Notes: generated by a model not told the origin, from the sequence alone. A DNA stretch of 63,913 bases, filler included, from Octopus bimaculoides (GCF_001194135.2; 5 parts of 4 records of this genome joined end to end with filler, not necessarily neighbours in it), one strand, 5' to 3'; counted from the whole stretch's first letter, positions 49,296 to 63,913 are shown. Made by a program: numbers and translations.

Positions 49296-51264
49296 TACGG
49301 ATACATACATCTGTGTATATATATATATGTGTGTGTGCATATAGTTAGATAGATAGATAGATAGATAGATAGAACGAAAGAAACGATACTGAATAAATGG
49401 AAACGAAACAACCAATGTTATAAAAACATTTGCTACACGTATACCGAAAATAGTAAAGGTAACCTTCAGACACAATGTCCCCTTCGCGCAAACATATACA
49501 ATTACACGTAAACACAAAATCTCACGCATACATCTAATTACAGGCATACATATTTAGGTAGAACGCATTCACTTATATTCACCGATACACATAATGATAG
49601 ACACACACACATAAGTATACGACGGTAAGGACAGACATGACTCACTCAGATACATGTATCAGGAATTCACTATTATCGACAGTAGAATATTTCACCTTCA
49701 TGTTTGTCAGTGTCATTCGTTATTTTCATATTGTATAAACTCCAGTCGTCGTCATCATCATCATCATCAACAACAACAACGAAAACATCGTTTTCATCAT
49801 CATTGTCACTACCATTGTCATCCTAGTGTAACGTATAGATGAAATGCTGGGCAACAGAAAAATAAGTAAACAATGAATGTATTAAAATTTAAAAAAAACT
49901 ATGAAAAGTATGAAAGGCAAAATTACATATTCAGGTTTTGATTGACTCTAGTTTGAATCTCATTCGAAGGAACACTGCTTCAGTTACAAACCTTATGTCA
50001 TCTTTGAGGAATCTTGTCTACGTAGTACGCTTTTGTTGACAGTTAAAAACTTCTGCTCGATCGCAGTAGCTATCGTTAGTATAAAGTGACTGACATATCT
50101 TTAGCTGATGCAATCACTATGATTTATTGCCGTTTTGTTTCGAACTAATGATCATCAGCAAAGTACATACAACAAAACGAGTACATAACCAACGGCAACG
50201 ATCAAGAAACTTATTCGGTAGCTTCTCACCGTAATAGAATGAGGTTTGAAATGTTAAACTTAAAGATCCTGGTTGAGTAGAAGGTCAGAAGTCATTAACA
50301 TTTCTGTTCAAGTCACTTGGAATGAAATTATCAAATGAGAAAAGAAAATGGGAGAAAATAATGTTTAATGTTGCAAATAATTCTTTCTCATTGTAACCTA
50401 CTCCATATCGAATCTTGGAATCTCAGACCAATTATATCATTTGCTGCGTTAATGTCAGTAAGTCTTAATATTAATCAACTATGAAACACTGTCAGCCACG
50501 TAAGCATTCATTTTAAATTGAAGAGGGATATTTTCATAAAGAAGATGACACTTAATTTCCTTCACAAGTACGTTGATTAAATCTCCAAGAAAATTGGTGA
50601 ATCAGTAATTAGCACGATGTTCTTGTATTAAATATTGGCATGAAATAAAAACAAAATGTCTCCACTGAACACAATGAGATATCGTCATTGCAAGTCACTT
50701 GAGATACACAGAAAAATTAAACACTATTCTTGTAGAACTACTTGATACAAAATTTTTTTTACGAAGAAAGATACATTTCTATATGGGGTCTACATGCATA
50801 ATTGAACTTGCGAATGTAGCCGTTGAATATTGAATTTTGTGTTGGTTTAACCCTTAATATTGGACTGTTGCATTATATTAACACATTCCTTTTATATACT
50901 GAAATATACTTAGACTTGCCACATATTAATTATGCTGTTACAGTCCCAGGAGTTTGCATGTACATCTGACAACTGAAATGACAGGATTTTAACAGTGTTT
51001 ATTTCCATCGGCTTCAATATATTTATTATTACGTTTACTTTTCTTCATAAGATTACAAACAATATATAAATATAGAATTATATCACACTGGCTTTCGCCT
51101 TAGAACCTCGCAAACAAATTATAAGCAGTGACATGGAATTAATTTATTTATTGATTTATATGTTTGTTGTATAGTTCATTGCAAAATTATCGTTACATAA
51201 ACTAATGCTTTTATTCCGAGAAAACAATGCTTTTGTTTTTCTGTTATCAGTTGGCCTGGCCATA

Positions 51265-51319
<55 letters not shown>

Positions 51320-51999
51320 TTTAAATTACTTAAAATATCTTACATGTAACCTCTTGTTGCAAATTTCTCAAAGAGGTAACTTCTGTGTAAAAATAACCAC
51401 TGTAATATAACAGCAATTTGTCTCTTACACAAATCTGCAATACTTTCAACTGAAATCCTTTGATTCTGGATTCCGTAACAAATATGGTTATAAAGAGAAA
51501 TCTGGCAGTGGTGTTTTCCCTGTTCGGATTCTCAGAAGTCATTGGGACATATCCTACTTCATGCTAGTATTCCTCGAGTAAAAATATTCGTTTCATATAC
51601 AAAGTGGTTTCCGAAGTGAGCAAGAAATCATAACCAATAATTTTCGGAAGATTCTCGGAGAATCATGCAGGATGACAAGACGAAACAATTAAGAAATACA
51701 TTCAAAGGCAACTTAAATGTTTCGCCTGAAAATATAACTGGATATAATTATACGAAGACCAAATATGTAACTAAAGATTCACCATTATATCTGTCTATCT
51801 TATGCACTTATACGTGTATGTGTGTGTGTGTCTGTGTGTGTGTGAGTGTATATATGCGAGTGTTTGTGTATATGTGTTTGTGCGTGCGCGCGCGTGTGTA
51901 TGTTTGTGTGTGTTTATGTATGTGTGTATGCTTGTGCAAAAATAATGTATGCGGACGCAAAACATGGTAGATATTGGTGTCAGATTGTAACACAATGCC

Positions 52000-52175
52000 A
52001 GCAATTGCGGGGAGGAGGTAAGCCAATTACATCGACTCCAGTGCTCAATTGGTACTTATTTTATCGACACTGAAAGGATGAGAAGCAAGGTCGACCTCGG
52101 TGGAATTCGAACTGAGAAAGTAAAGACGGACGAAATGCCACGAAGCAAACGATTCTGCCTTCTCACCGCCTTACT
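52000..52175 (-). mobile_element. SINE family A, internally deleted
   Basis: Reverse match to tail, central domain and head. Confidence 0.7.
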
Positions 52176-52572
52176 CTCGGTAGCTATTGAAATTTCTTCA
52201 GTCACTTTGTCAACCCATATAAAATTCGCATATATCGGAAAGCTTAACGATACTTTAAATGTGAACTGGACCAGATCAACGGAAATATAAAACAGAATAG
52301 AGAAATTAGAAAGTGTGAGAGTATTAATTACTGCCGCAAACATTATTTATAAATAGTAGAATTGGATGAAATGAATGCAAGAGATTTGAAATATATCAAA
52401 ACTATTAGTAAAACCGATTACCATTAAAATTTCATTTCAATTTCCAATGGCTGCGAAGATGTATGTATCTCGAAACTAGTTGACTATCTACCCAGCTAAC
52501 TGACTGTATATAAGATTTATATCTAAGCTGTCAACAGAAATATACGTACTTTTATCCATACATACCTATGCC

Positions 52573-52672
<100 letters not shown>

Positions 52673-52774
52673 AGTATGTATATATACATACACACACACA
52701 CACACACACAAATATATCTTTACAGACATTTAGACACACGTAAACACACTCGCACACACACACACACATATGCA

Positions 52775-52808
<34 letters not shown>

Positions 52809-53580
52809 CACTATGTGTGTGTGTGTGTGTGTGTGCTAAGATAAATTAAGTCTATTACATTTACATAAAAACCTTATCCTAATCCGATTAATTTTCTGTA
52901 GCTAGGTGTACAATATCTTCCACTTAATAAACGTACATTTTTTGTTTATTCAATTAATTAACTAATTTGTTTTTTTCCTTCTTATTTCATTATATCTTGC
53001 GCTTACTTACATCCATGTGTACATAAAAAAAATGATACACACATACAAACACTCATGCATATATATAATTTAATTAATATCTACTTCAACATCCAAACAC
53101 ATACTATCTAAACATGACATAATTTGTCCTCCTTTCTGTGTTATATACGTATAGAACACTTATCGCAATTTCTTCGCTTATATAAAAATACAGCATCAGT
53201 ATGGAACCCATCAATCACGAAAAAATATAAGCGTTGATGATGTAATTATCTTTCTTCAATATACGAAGAAAATTAATGTCATAACATTCATCAAAAACTG
53301 TAAATCTATCCGTGAAACAAAAATTCCTATACTCCTTTGCAGATATTTTATCACAGTGAATTGTTACAACAAAAAGTATGCATAATGTTAAGAAATTTTC
53401 ACTCATTTAACTAGTGTTTATCTTTAAAGACGTGTTTGAAGTATTTAAAGGAGTCTAGCCTAATTGAATTCATTCACATATACATTTATAATGAACGGTA
53501 CTTTAAAAAATCTTTTAACTTTTCTCAAAATATTTTCAAAGCATTGGAAGACAAAATTAATTTTTAGAAATACAACGTGC

Positions 53581-53665
<85 letters not shown>

Positions 53666-53942
53666 TGTGTGTGCGTGCTAGCATGTGCATGTATATTCTA
53701 AGCTAGTACTTGAATAACCATGAAAGTATGCCAATGAACAGCTTGTAAATGTTGTTGATACGTATGGTTGGGATGTAGTATAGATTATGTAAATGCATTA
53801 CACTACACAGAACAGTATTTAAAGTTACAAGAGTTATTTATGGTTATGACATTATTTACCAAAAGTCGAAGTTTTCTTTCCCGTTGTCAACCATTATACG
53901 TAACCAGTCAAAGAATACGTATTATGTATTATGTCTGGTAAA

Positions 53943-54321
53943 TGTTGTTGGCACTCCGTCGCTTACGACGTCGAGGATTCCAGTTGATCCGATCAACGGA
54001 ACAGTCTGCTCGTGAAATTAACGTGCAAGTGGCTGAGCACTCCACAGACACGTGTATCCTTAACGTAGTTCTAGGGGATATTCAACGTGACACAGTGTGA
54101 CAAGGCTGACCCTTTGAATTACAGGCACAACAGAAGCAGGAAGAGTGAGAGAAAGTTGCGGTGAAAGAGTACAGCAAAGTTCGCCACCAGCCCCTGCCGG
54201 AGCCTCGTGAAGCTTTAGGTGTTTTCGCTCAATAAACACTCACAACGCCCAGTCTGGGAATCGAAACTGCGATCCTATGACCGCGAGTCCGCTGCCCTAA
54301 CCACTGGTCCATTGCGCCTCC
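53943..54321 (-). mobile_element. SINE family C, full length
   Basis: Homolog of 19085-19380; TSD A(T/C)GTCTGGTAAAT on both flanks. Confidence 0.9.
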
Positions 54322-54339
54322 ACGTCTGGTAAATAATGC

Positions 54340-55480
54340 ACTGCTAATTACGCAGAATTACCCAAACATTAAATCGGATGGTAAAACATTACCACAGAAT
54401 GATATCATTAGATTGCTTTGAAATAAGAATGGATTCAAGTACCTAGGGGCGCAGTAGAAAGATAGCGTAATGGAAGAGAAACGAGAGAAAATTCTCTAAA
54501 AGGAAACAAGCAAAGAACAGGGCAGATGCCCGAAAAGAAACTAAAGTGAGGAGGTATTATCAAATCAATGAATACATGAGGATTCCAATATTAAGTTGCT
54601 CGGCTTCTTTTTCTAAAATGGTCAAAAGGTGAACCAAAGTAATTAGATAGAAGAATCAGAAAGTTCCTCTCAATGTACAAGGTGCACTATCCTAATAGTA
54701 AAGTCGACAAACTCTGCTTACAAAGAAAGAAAGATAGAAAGAAAGAAAGGAGACAGAAGAATGCTCAATGCAGAATACACCTTTTGTGCTGTAATATTAG
54801 GTTTTGGAAACAATTTTGTGCGTAGTCTTATCTACAACTAGAAATATCCAAAAAGTGTGAAAAATGCAAGAACAGAATGTGGAAACAACAAGTCAAATAA
54901 CTAGAAAGTGAAGGAATTAAGTGGCCATTTTATGCAAAAAGCCGATGATATTGGAAGCTGGTTGTGGTGCACAGGTGGTGCATTAGAATGATTTAGTTAA
55001 GGGCAAAAACTTGATAAAACTAAGAGAGCAAATTCTCTGAGAAAAGAGATGTATTAATTCTCAACTAACTGAATGCAGTATGCTAACACAAGAAGAGTAT
55101 AAATGCAGGCAGACTGTGTCGTTAAAAAAGTGCATTGAGATGATAACAGAATGCATGCATTCAGAGTGTTGGAAAAGTGGTAAGAGTTCAAACTAGACAC
55201 TATGTTAGTGGATAATAATTACAGTGTATTAATTGATTTCTCCATAAACAGTGAAGATAGTTTTCCTTAGTAGGGAAGAAGAAAAATGGTATAAAACCAG
55301 ACTTTGCTATTTCATGTCATAATACAGTGGATGCCTGATAAATTGAGAAAATTCAGAGATATATCAGGTTATAGAAGAAAAGATTGTGAAGGACAACGTG
55401 ATAGTTGTTCCTGTGGTATTTTGTGCACTTGCAACGAACCACAAGCTGCTACGTAAGAGACTGAAGAATTTTGGTGAAGG
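54340..55480 (+). mobile_element. Heavily decayed R4/Dong-type LINE
   Basis: GFKYLG, MYKVHYPNSKVDKLCLQRK (HP..VDRLY..R motif), DFAIS..EKIQRY and VIVVPVV remnants in the expected order. Confidence 0.55.
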
Positions 55481-55489
55481 AATAAGGGA

Positions 55490-56170
55490 AGGAGGGAGAT
55501 GATGTATTCTATGGAGATGATGATATAAATAATAATATTCACAAAATCATTCTCGTACTCATATTCATCGTAATCATCATAAACGTGAGCTTCTTAATCA
55601 TCATACACCTAATTATCACAATCATTATCAACCTATATCATTACTGCCGTCAATATCACCAACCTCAACCTCATGACCATTGTGATCATTATAACCATCA
55701 TTGCTATTTCAATGATTATCACCACAACCACAAATGCAATCCCTTCGGCAACTGCGCTGTTACTACCAACTTTGACACCACTGTCGTCGCCCTCTCCTCC
55801 ATTATTCATCTTCGGTGTTATATTCAATATCGTTGTTGATGTAATTATCTTGACCACCAACATCATGAACTGCAATCATGATCATTATCATCAACTGCAA
55901 TCATGATCATTACGATCATCATCATCATCATCATCATCATGATCATCATCATCATCATAATCATCACCACCACCACCACAACCACCACCACCACTTCTAA
56001 CATTCCGATCATGTTGATCATCATAATCAACATCATTATGAAATTAAGTAACATACGCGTCACTACTAATAGCGCTTGCGCAAGCACCACTATTTTGATC
56101 TCCATCACCGCCATAACCACTATCACGGCCAAGTGCATTATCAACACCTCGACCACATCACCATCGCAAA
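55490..56170. repeat. Degenerate (CAT/ATC/CAC)n trinucleotide region
   Basis: Directly visible; gives low-complexity poly-His/Ile/Met ORFs. Confidence 0.85.
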
Positions 56171-57226
56171 TACCAACAGAATTATGTCTCCACCTTGAGG
56201 TGACGCATAATTCGTTTAATAAATTCCGCCAAAATGTGTTATATTGTTTTTATTAGCAACGTAATGTCTCACACGTTTTGTTTTCACAAATTGGTACTTA
56301 TTGCGGTAGCAATTAGGACCACATAGTGGCATAGAAGTTAAGACGCTAATCTATTTGCAATGAAATCTTAGGAAATTCAACCCTTCACAATAGCTCTATT
56401 CACCACATGTTACCTTATTTCATTGAACGATTCAATTGAGTTCATTGTCACTGTCACTGTCATTGTTTCGATAATACAATGAAAAGTGGACTGCAGCTAA
56501 GCTTCGAGGTACAATTTATACGAAATCAAACTACAGAAATAGAATACAATGATACATTTAAAATAACATGGTTAATACAGTGATAATTCAATAACAATTT
56601 CAAACATAAACACAAACCATTGCCTTTTGTTGGGGTGGGTAAAATCGATTAAATCAACCCCTGTTGTTTTACTGGTAGTTTATTGATCGATTATGAGGGG
56701 ACGAAATGTTATGATCACGTGTAAAGTATTTGAAGCCAGAGTAGAAAGAGATTAAATTTTAAAACATATGGCATTTTGGCTGACACTCTTACGATTCTAC
56801 AGTACATTCACTTTGATAATAAATACGGAGATTATTATCATATAATATAACTGGCAGAATCATTAGTGGTTTTTCGCCCGTTGCTACATTCTGAGTTCAA
56901 ATTCTGCCGAGGTAGACTTTGCTTTTTATCTTTTGGAGGTCGATGAATTAAGTACCAGTCAAGTACTAGAATCGATGCAATCGACTATTTCCTCCCCCAA
57001 ATTTCTGTCCTTGTCTCTATAGTAGAATATAATGATATATTGGTGACAAGCGAAATTTTTCGACACCATGACAATTCCATATTGAAACGAATGTAGTCTC
57101 ATAAGTTAAAATTCAATGTATTCGTGATTTCCAGTCATGCATAAATGAAATCAAAAAGAATCTTTTATCATCTATACTGGAGTAAATGACGATAGCTACA
57201 TTGGCCCCAGATGTGTGTATCATTAG

Positions 57227-57347
57227 ATGGAAAAAATGTATATATTGTTAGCATTCGAAGTTGGATTCAAATCATGGGGAACGGTTGTTTCTACTCTGTT
57301 GACCATAGTACAGGATTGGTTTTCCGTGTTACAGGCCTCAGAGAGAG
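57227..57347 (+). other. Exon-like segment ending in strong donor
   Basis: GAG|GTAAGT at 57347; several possible acceptors (57210, 57226, 57251, 57308, 57334); frame unresolved. Confidence 0.25.
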
Positions 57348-58783
57348 GTAAGTTAAATATGATATTAGCGAGCTTTGAACGCAATTCATAAACAGCTATA
57401 AAATATAGTGCAAGTCGATTTCTATGATTTTATAGCACATATTCCATGCATGAACACAAGATAAAAAAAAAAACAATAACCATGTCGAAGTTGATTGTAT
57501 AAGTTCTCATTATTACTTTATTAAAAGGACCCCGAACGGTGAAGCGCAATTTTAACTTCGACGCTATTTGAACTTGGGAAGTAAAGGAATGAACTAAATA
57601 ACACAGGACAAGTTGACCGATGTTCTACCATTTCTGCTACTCTAAATCTCTTAAATAATTACGATAATAAAACTAATGATGACTTCTGAGTTATCTGAAT
57701 AGTAAAAATAATAATGATAATGATAATAGCCAAAGCACGAAGAACATACTCAACTACAAAGGATTAAAAATAAAAGAATTCAGTAAGTGCAAAGCAAGAC
57801 AAAATACTATAACAATATTGAAAGAAAACGAGTAAAATAATTTTTTAAAAGAACAACAACAACACAAACCAAGGCACACACAAATTACGATACATCATTG
57901 CCAGGCATTGCTATGGCAGGTTCCATTCATAAAACGCATTCTTGATTAATTGCCGATGATTTAGAGGATAACATCTAATTATCTAAGTACGCGTTCTGTT
58001 CTCTGTCCATATTCTTTGAGTTCGTTTTCTCACAACATCTTTGAATTAGTTTTGAAGAACGTCTCTGGTCTCTCCTTTGTGTGTTTTTAGTTTTTAGTTT
58101 TCGTTTAAGGAATCATCTGACGGCATTCACGAATAATGGAGTTATTCATTATCATTCATTCATTCATTCATTTATTTTTATATTTTCGACTCTTTATATA
58201 TTCTTCCCCTTTTGTCTGTCTTTTCTTTTTTTATCTTCTGAATATAGTAAAGTAGCAATTATCTTAACAAAATAACGACGTTCCCTTCTACTTAATTTTT
58301 CTTTTCCACTTCTTATTTATGGATATGCATATAATATAAATTTTTGTTTTGTACTCAGCTATGTTGCATACCTTTTTCATTTTTAGTTTCTTATTTATAC
58401 AGTATTAAAATTTTGGCAGGTTTTGTAATTATTACTATTATATATTTTTTTTCTAGTAATAATTTTGTGTTTGATATTTATGATTTTGCTTCGCATTCAA
58501 AATTTTTTTTTTCATCCATTGGAGGGGATGTATTTTTGAAGCATTCTGTTACCGAATATTTTAGAAATCTAGAATGATGCAATAAAAGACAAGTTAGTGC
58601 GTTGTATGTGCTTACTTACAAAAGCACACAACAATGAACACAGATATACGCATGCACACACACACGTATATACACGCATATAAATATATATGTATATGTT
58701 GGTAATTTATGCATACACACAATCGACCGAAATTTAACAGCTTCCAGCCTGTGAAGTCTTGTCGTTCTGGTCACACAAAAAAT

Positions 58784-58857
<74 letters not shown>

Positions 58858-59140
58858 CTGTATGTATGTATGTATATATGTATGTATACTTATATCTGTA
58901 TGCATGTATATATATATGTATGTATATATATATATACGTATATATATGGATATATTATTTTGTTTAAAAGAGTTCCAACTCTGTCTGTTTTTTATGTTTT
59001 ATTTATATTCTTGTAAAATTAATATGGGATATAGAATATGGAATATACAATATATAATATAAAAATGGATGGTACAATGAAATAAAGTATTGAATGTCTT
59101 ATTGAATATATGGAATATGTCTTATTGAATNNNNNNNNNN

Positions 59141-59175
<35 letters not shown>

Positions 59176-59939
59176 ATTTATATATATACATACGGGCATA
59201 CATACATGTATGTATTTATGTGTGTATTTGTGCATGTATGTATATATATTTATGAATGTATATGTATGTCTTTGTGTGCGTGCGTGTGTGTATATGTACA
59301 TGTGTGTGCATGTCTTTATCTATGTGTGTGTATGCATGGAGATATGTATAAATTATCTTCCTCGCAAGTCCTCTAGACGTATTCTTACATCTTCAGTTAT
59401 ATAGAATTTTTTTTTTTTTGCCGTTCTATAAAAATAGGTTTTCTTTCTCCACCTTGAACATTCTGGCCCTTTTTATCCAGTGCTTTTCTAATAAATGTTT
59501 AAGAACTTGTCTCTATGTATACCGGTTGAAGAGTAAGTAGTTGCAAAATATTTAAATTTCTGAAAGATTATAGTGAAGAAAATATTTTGATATTAATTGC
59601 ACATTCTTTCCCGCTTATTTCACTTATACACAGTTTCTAACCGCAATTAATTTCCATCTACACGCTTAATAGAAACACGCTTTCATTGAACGATTCCTAT
59701 GTACACGAACAGAAAAAGCATTTCCTGACAGTACTGTCAGCTTTTTTAGATAAAACATACCATGTATATATATATTGAAACACCGGGGTCGACGTAATCA
59801 AATATCCCCTTCCCCAAAACTTTCAGGCCTTGTGCATTATTCTATATTTTTGGAAAGCATTATTCTATATTTTTCATGCCATTTAATGTTGATATCTCAT
59901 TTCCAGTGGACAAGAAATTCTTTTATTCTGTTTATATTT

Positions 59940-60126
59940 TACTTGTTTCATTTATTTCCCTTCAACCATGATGGAATGCTACCTTATGTGGTTTTAGTCG
60001 AAGAAATCGACCCCAATACTTATTTGTAAGCATAGTACTTATTATCTCACTCTCTTTCACCGAACCGCTTGGTTACAGGGACAGCAGCATCGGTTGTCAA
60101 GCGGTGGCGGGAGTACAAACACAGAC

Positions 60127-60130
<4 letters not shown>
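59940..60130 (-). mobile_element. SINE family B, 3' half
   Basis: Reverse match, runs into (TA)n and gap. Confidence 0.7.
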
Positions 60131-60164
<34 letters not shown>

Positions 60165-61437
60165 NNNNNNNNNNNNNNNNNNNNNNNNNNNNNNNNNNNN
60201 NNNNNNNNNNNNNNNNNNNNNNNNNNNNNNNNNNNNNNNNNNNNNNNNNNNNNNNNNNNNNNNNNNNNNNNNNNNNNNNNNNNNNNNNNNNNNNNNNNNN
60301 NNNNNNNNNNNNNNNNNNNNNNNNNNNNNNNNNNNNNNNNNNNNNNNNNNNNNNNNNNNNNNNNNNNNNNNNNNNNNNNNNNNNNNNNNNNNNNNNNNNN
60401 NNNNNNNNNNNNNNNNNNNNNNNNNNNNNNNNNNNNNNNNNNNNNNNNNNNNNNNNNNNNNNNNNNNNNNNNNNNNNNNNNNNNNNNNNNNNNNNNNNNN
60501 NNNNNNNNNNNNNNNNNNNNNNNNNNNNNNNNNNNNNNNNNNNNNNNNNNNNNNNNNNNNNNNNNNNNNNNNNNNNNNNNNNNNNNNNNNNNNNNNNNNN
60601 NNNNNNNNNNNNNNNNNNNNNNNNNNNNNNNNNNNNNNNNNNNNNNNNNNNNNNNNNNNNNNNNNNNNNNNNNNNNNNNNNNNNNNNNNNNNNNNNNNNN
60701 NNNNNNNNNNNNNNNNNNNNNNNNNNNNNNNNNNNNNNNNNNNNNNNNNNNNNNNNNNNNNNNNNNNNNNNNNNNNNNNNNNNNNNNNNNNNNNNNNNNN
60801 NNNNNNNNNNNNNNNNNNNNNNNNNNNNNNNNNNNNNNNNNNNNNNNNNNNNNNNNNNNNNNNNNNNNNNNNNNNNNNNNNNNNNNNNNNNNNNNNNNNN
60901 NNNNNNNNNNNNNNNNNNNNNNNNNNNNNNNNNNNNNNNNNNNNNNNNNNNNNNNNNNNNNNNNNNNNNNNNNNNNNNNNNNNNNNNNNNNNNNNNNNNN
61001 NNNNNNNNNNNNNNNNNNNTCAACTGGTACTTATTTGTTAGACCCCGAAAGGATGAAAGGCAAAGTCAACTTCGGCGGAATTTGAACTCACACACTCATA
61101 CATACAAATATCTGTCATTCTCTTCCAAATACGATCGACAGTCAAACATTTATTCCTTACAAACTGAATTTTTTAAATATCTTTCTTAAAATGCATTTAC
61201 TTACTACCATATATAGACACAGAATACACATTAATACACACATACATACAAATACCTGTCATTTTTTTATTTAGTGTGTGTGTGTTGCCCATCTTAATAT
61301 ATAATGCTGAAGTTCTGTACTTACTAACATTTTTTTTTATTTAGCGTGTATGTGTGTGTGTGTTGCCCATATGTATATACACTTAAGACTTAGCTGTGGG
61401 TTGGGAGTTTGATCTGCAGAGGTCATTATTATTATTA

Positions 61438-61584
61438 TTCAGATTAACACCCGCACGATTTTCACTAGGGTGTTAGGGTTACGGTTTTTGGGTCAGGGTT
61501 ACGGTTTTAGGGTTACGATGAGGGTTAGTCTTACGGTTTAGGGTTAGGGCTAGGGTTATGTAATCGTGCGGATGTTAATCTGAA
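61438..61584. mobile_element. MITE-like element with telomere-like core
   Basis: 23-bp TIR TTCAGATTAACA(C/T)CCGCACGATT around degenerate (TTAGGG)-like repeats. Confidence 0.7.
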
Positions 61585-62331
61585 AAATCACGAAATGTGA
61601 AAACTACCGACCCTCCCATCTGTTATAACTTTTGTTGTTCTGTTTAATATGTACATAGATTATACCTCCAAACAAGAGAGCTTGCTGGGGAAAGAAAGCA
61701 ACCGGTTTAAAAAGACAGCAACAGACTGCAGCAATTCACCACATTCCAGAAATTACTTTGAACATAATGCAAAAGTGTGCATCATCATCTACTGCCCAAT
61801 CTGATAGAATTCTGGCAGAACTGTGTAGCAACAGATCGCCAGCAATTGCTTCATCAGAAATTGCCGTCCTACCTCCTACGAAAAGGAATTACCCTGCTAT
61901 GTATAATCNNNNNNNNNNNNNNNNNNNNNNNNNNNNNNNNNNNNNNNNNNNNNNNNNNNNNNNNNNNNNNNNNNNNNNNNNNNNNNNNNNNNNNNNNNNN
62001 NNNNNNNNNNNNNNNNNNNNNNNNNNNNNNNNNNNNNNNNNNNNNNNNNNNNNNNNNNNNNNNNNNNNNNNNNNNNNNNNNNNNNNNNNNNNNNNNNNNN
62101 NNNNNNNNNNNNNNNNNNNNNNNNNNNNNNNNNNNNNNNNNNNNNNNNNNNNNNNNNNNNNNNNNNNNNNNNNNNNNNNNNNNNNNNNNNNNNNNNNNNN
62201 NNNNNNNNNNNNNNNNNNNNNNNNNNNNNNNNNNNNNNNNNNNNNNNNNNNNNNNNNNNNNNNNNNNNNNNNNNNNNNNNNNNNNNNNNNNNNNNNNNNN
62301 NNNNNNNNNNNNNNNNNNNNNNNNNNNNNNN

Positions 62332-62490
62332 ATATATATACGACGAGCTTCTTTCAATTTCAGTCTACCAAATCCACTCATAAGGCTTTGGTCGGTCCGA
62401 ACTATAGGAGAAGACACTTGCACAAGGTGCCACGCAGTGGGACTGAATCCGGAACCATGTGGTTGGGAAGTTTTCTACCATACAGCCACG
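62332..62490 (-). mobile_element. SINE family B, 5' half
   Basis: Reverse match, adjacent to (TA)n and gap. Confidence 0.75.
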
Positions 62491-62756
62491 CCTAGGTATT
62501 TACTATTTATGATTTCCAGTATTTTATCGTTAATAGCTTTGATCGTTGTCTCTCGGCTATTTCATTTGTTTTACATAATTGAACACTTTACAAGTTTATT
62601 TGTTTTATGGTTCTTTGGTAAGGAATTATTCGATGATATTTGAAAATGTTTCATGCTACACTGAGATTGTTTTGAACATAGGCAGGGTTTATCGAAATGA
62701 TTATGTATTTATGCATATACGGACATATAGACAGGAATACATACACACGTTCACAT

Positions 62757-62985
62757 ATATGCGAAGCGGTGCTGAAAACATCTTGGCTTTGGGTAAAAGA
62801 AAATACAGGAGGGTCAGTCAATTATGATTTTATTCAACATAGTCCCCTGTCAGATTCACATTCATCGCAGCGGTCCTTTAGTTTTCTAAGTCCCCCACAA
62901 GAACTCGGGAATTTGGACCTCCAGCCAGGCCTGTTGCGACACCGTTAAAGACAGGTACTTTCCAGCACCTCTTGGTATAGAAAGT
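62757..62985 (+). mobile_element. Mariner-like non-autonomous element, left end
   Basis: TA-TGCGAAGCGGTGCTGAAAACATCTTGGC resembles mariner TIRs; no right end found. Confidence 0.4.
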
Positions 62986-63332
62986 GATAGAGTGATAGAT
63001 ATGCAATAATATTTTTGGCGGGAAAACTTTAACAATTACTTCGAAATTCCCGCTTGGTAGCCTTTTATACTTTGTGATATATGTGAATATACTAAAACTG
63101 TATTGCAGCAATCATTTCTATAATATTAAAATGAAATCAAACAACATACTCCCCTAAAAGTTATTAAGCACAGCTCCAACTGTAATTGTGACGGTTTACA
63201 TAAATGAGTATTTGTGTGTATTTCTCTGTGTGATTGCGTGTATGTGTAGCTACCTACACTTCAGAGTTATCATTAATGATTTCCATAAAGGCAAACCGCA
63301 CTCACACACAAACATACATATTTATCTGCCTG

Positions 63333-63384
<52 letters not shown>

Positions 63385-63867
63385 TCTCTCTCCCTCTCTT
63401 TCTATATATATATCTATATATATATAAATATAGATAGATATTTAAAGATACACCGTGAAGTAAATAGAAAAATTATACGTGTATATATATATATATAAAT
63501 ATATATATATATAATCTATGTATATGTATATATATATGCACATACATATATATATTTGCATATATATATTTATACATCTATATATGTTTGTATGTGTGTG
63601 TGTATAGAGAAAGAGTGGTTAGTGGTGTATATATAGATAAGCCGTATGAAGTTTCGTTATGTGCAATCCATATATGCTAACTTATTGCATAAATCTTTCC
63701 TAAAAATTTTAAGCATTTTTTTATAATTTAATATATTTCCTTGAACACACCACTGGAGATATTGTAATTGCATTGATAATTTAGGGGTTTGTGCGTTAAT
63801 TGTAAACCCGCATTATATACACACATACATGTACAGGTATGTTTATGTATATGACAAACATACATAC

Positions 63868-63913
<46 letters not shown>

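Noticed and set aside
51330-51600. Overlapping open frames on both strands (LKSFDSGFRNKYGYK.. / SRIKGFQLKVLQ..)
   Set aside because: Poor splice sites; the minus frame may be an L1/Tx1-like remnant; cannot be supported either way.
55585-56256. Poly-His/Ile/Met ORFs on both strands
   Set aside because: Products of a degenerate CAT trinucleotide tract; no splice or start support.
61480-61560. True telomere or chromosome end
   Set aside because: Short, degenerate, internal and bounded by inverted repeats.

Overview
AT-rich, microsatellite-dense, gap-riddled eukaryotic (animal) DNA. The SINE families and repeat spectrum suggest an octopus/coleoid cephalopod; this is inference from recalled repeat families, not a database result. 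Most long ORFs in the track are artefacts of N-runs or simple repeats. Supported content: (i) three tRNA-derived SINE families, including TSD-flanked dimers and head-to-head pairs; (ii) decayed Penelope-like (PLE), R4/Dong-type, RTE-type and CR1-like retroelements, Tc1/mariner remnants, a 91-bp mini-Helitron and two MITE-like inverted-repeat elements; (iii) a probable small secreted Cys-containing peptide gene on + (TATA, signal-peptide exon, 33-nt micro-exon) and several weaker exon candidates. The most striking signal is five short fold-back elements from four unrelated sequence families. Each carries minimal type-I hammerhead ribozyme (HHR) motifs, usually one on each strand in head-to-head orientation, and one has a G3-C8 swapped catalytic core. 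Four N-flanked TTAATTAATTAA 12-mers are assembly linkers, so contiguity across them is uncertain.
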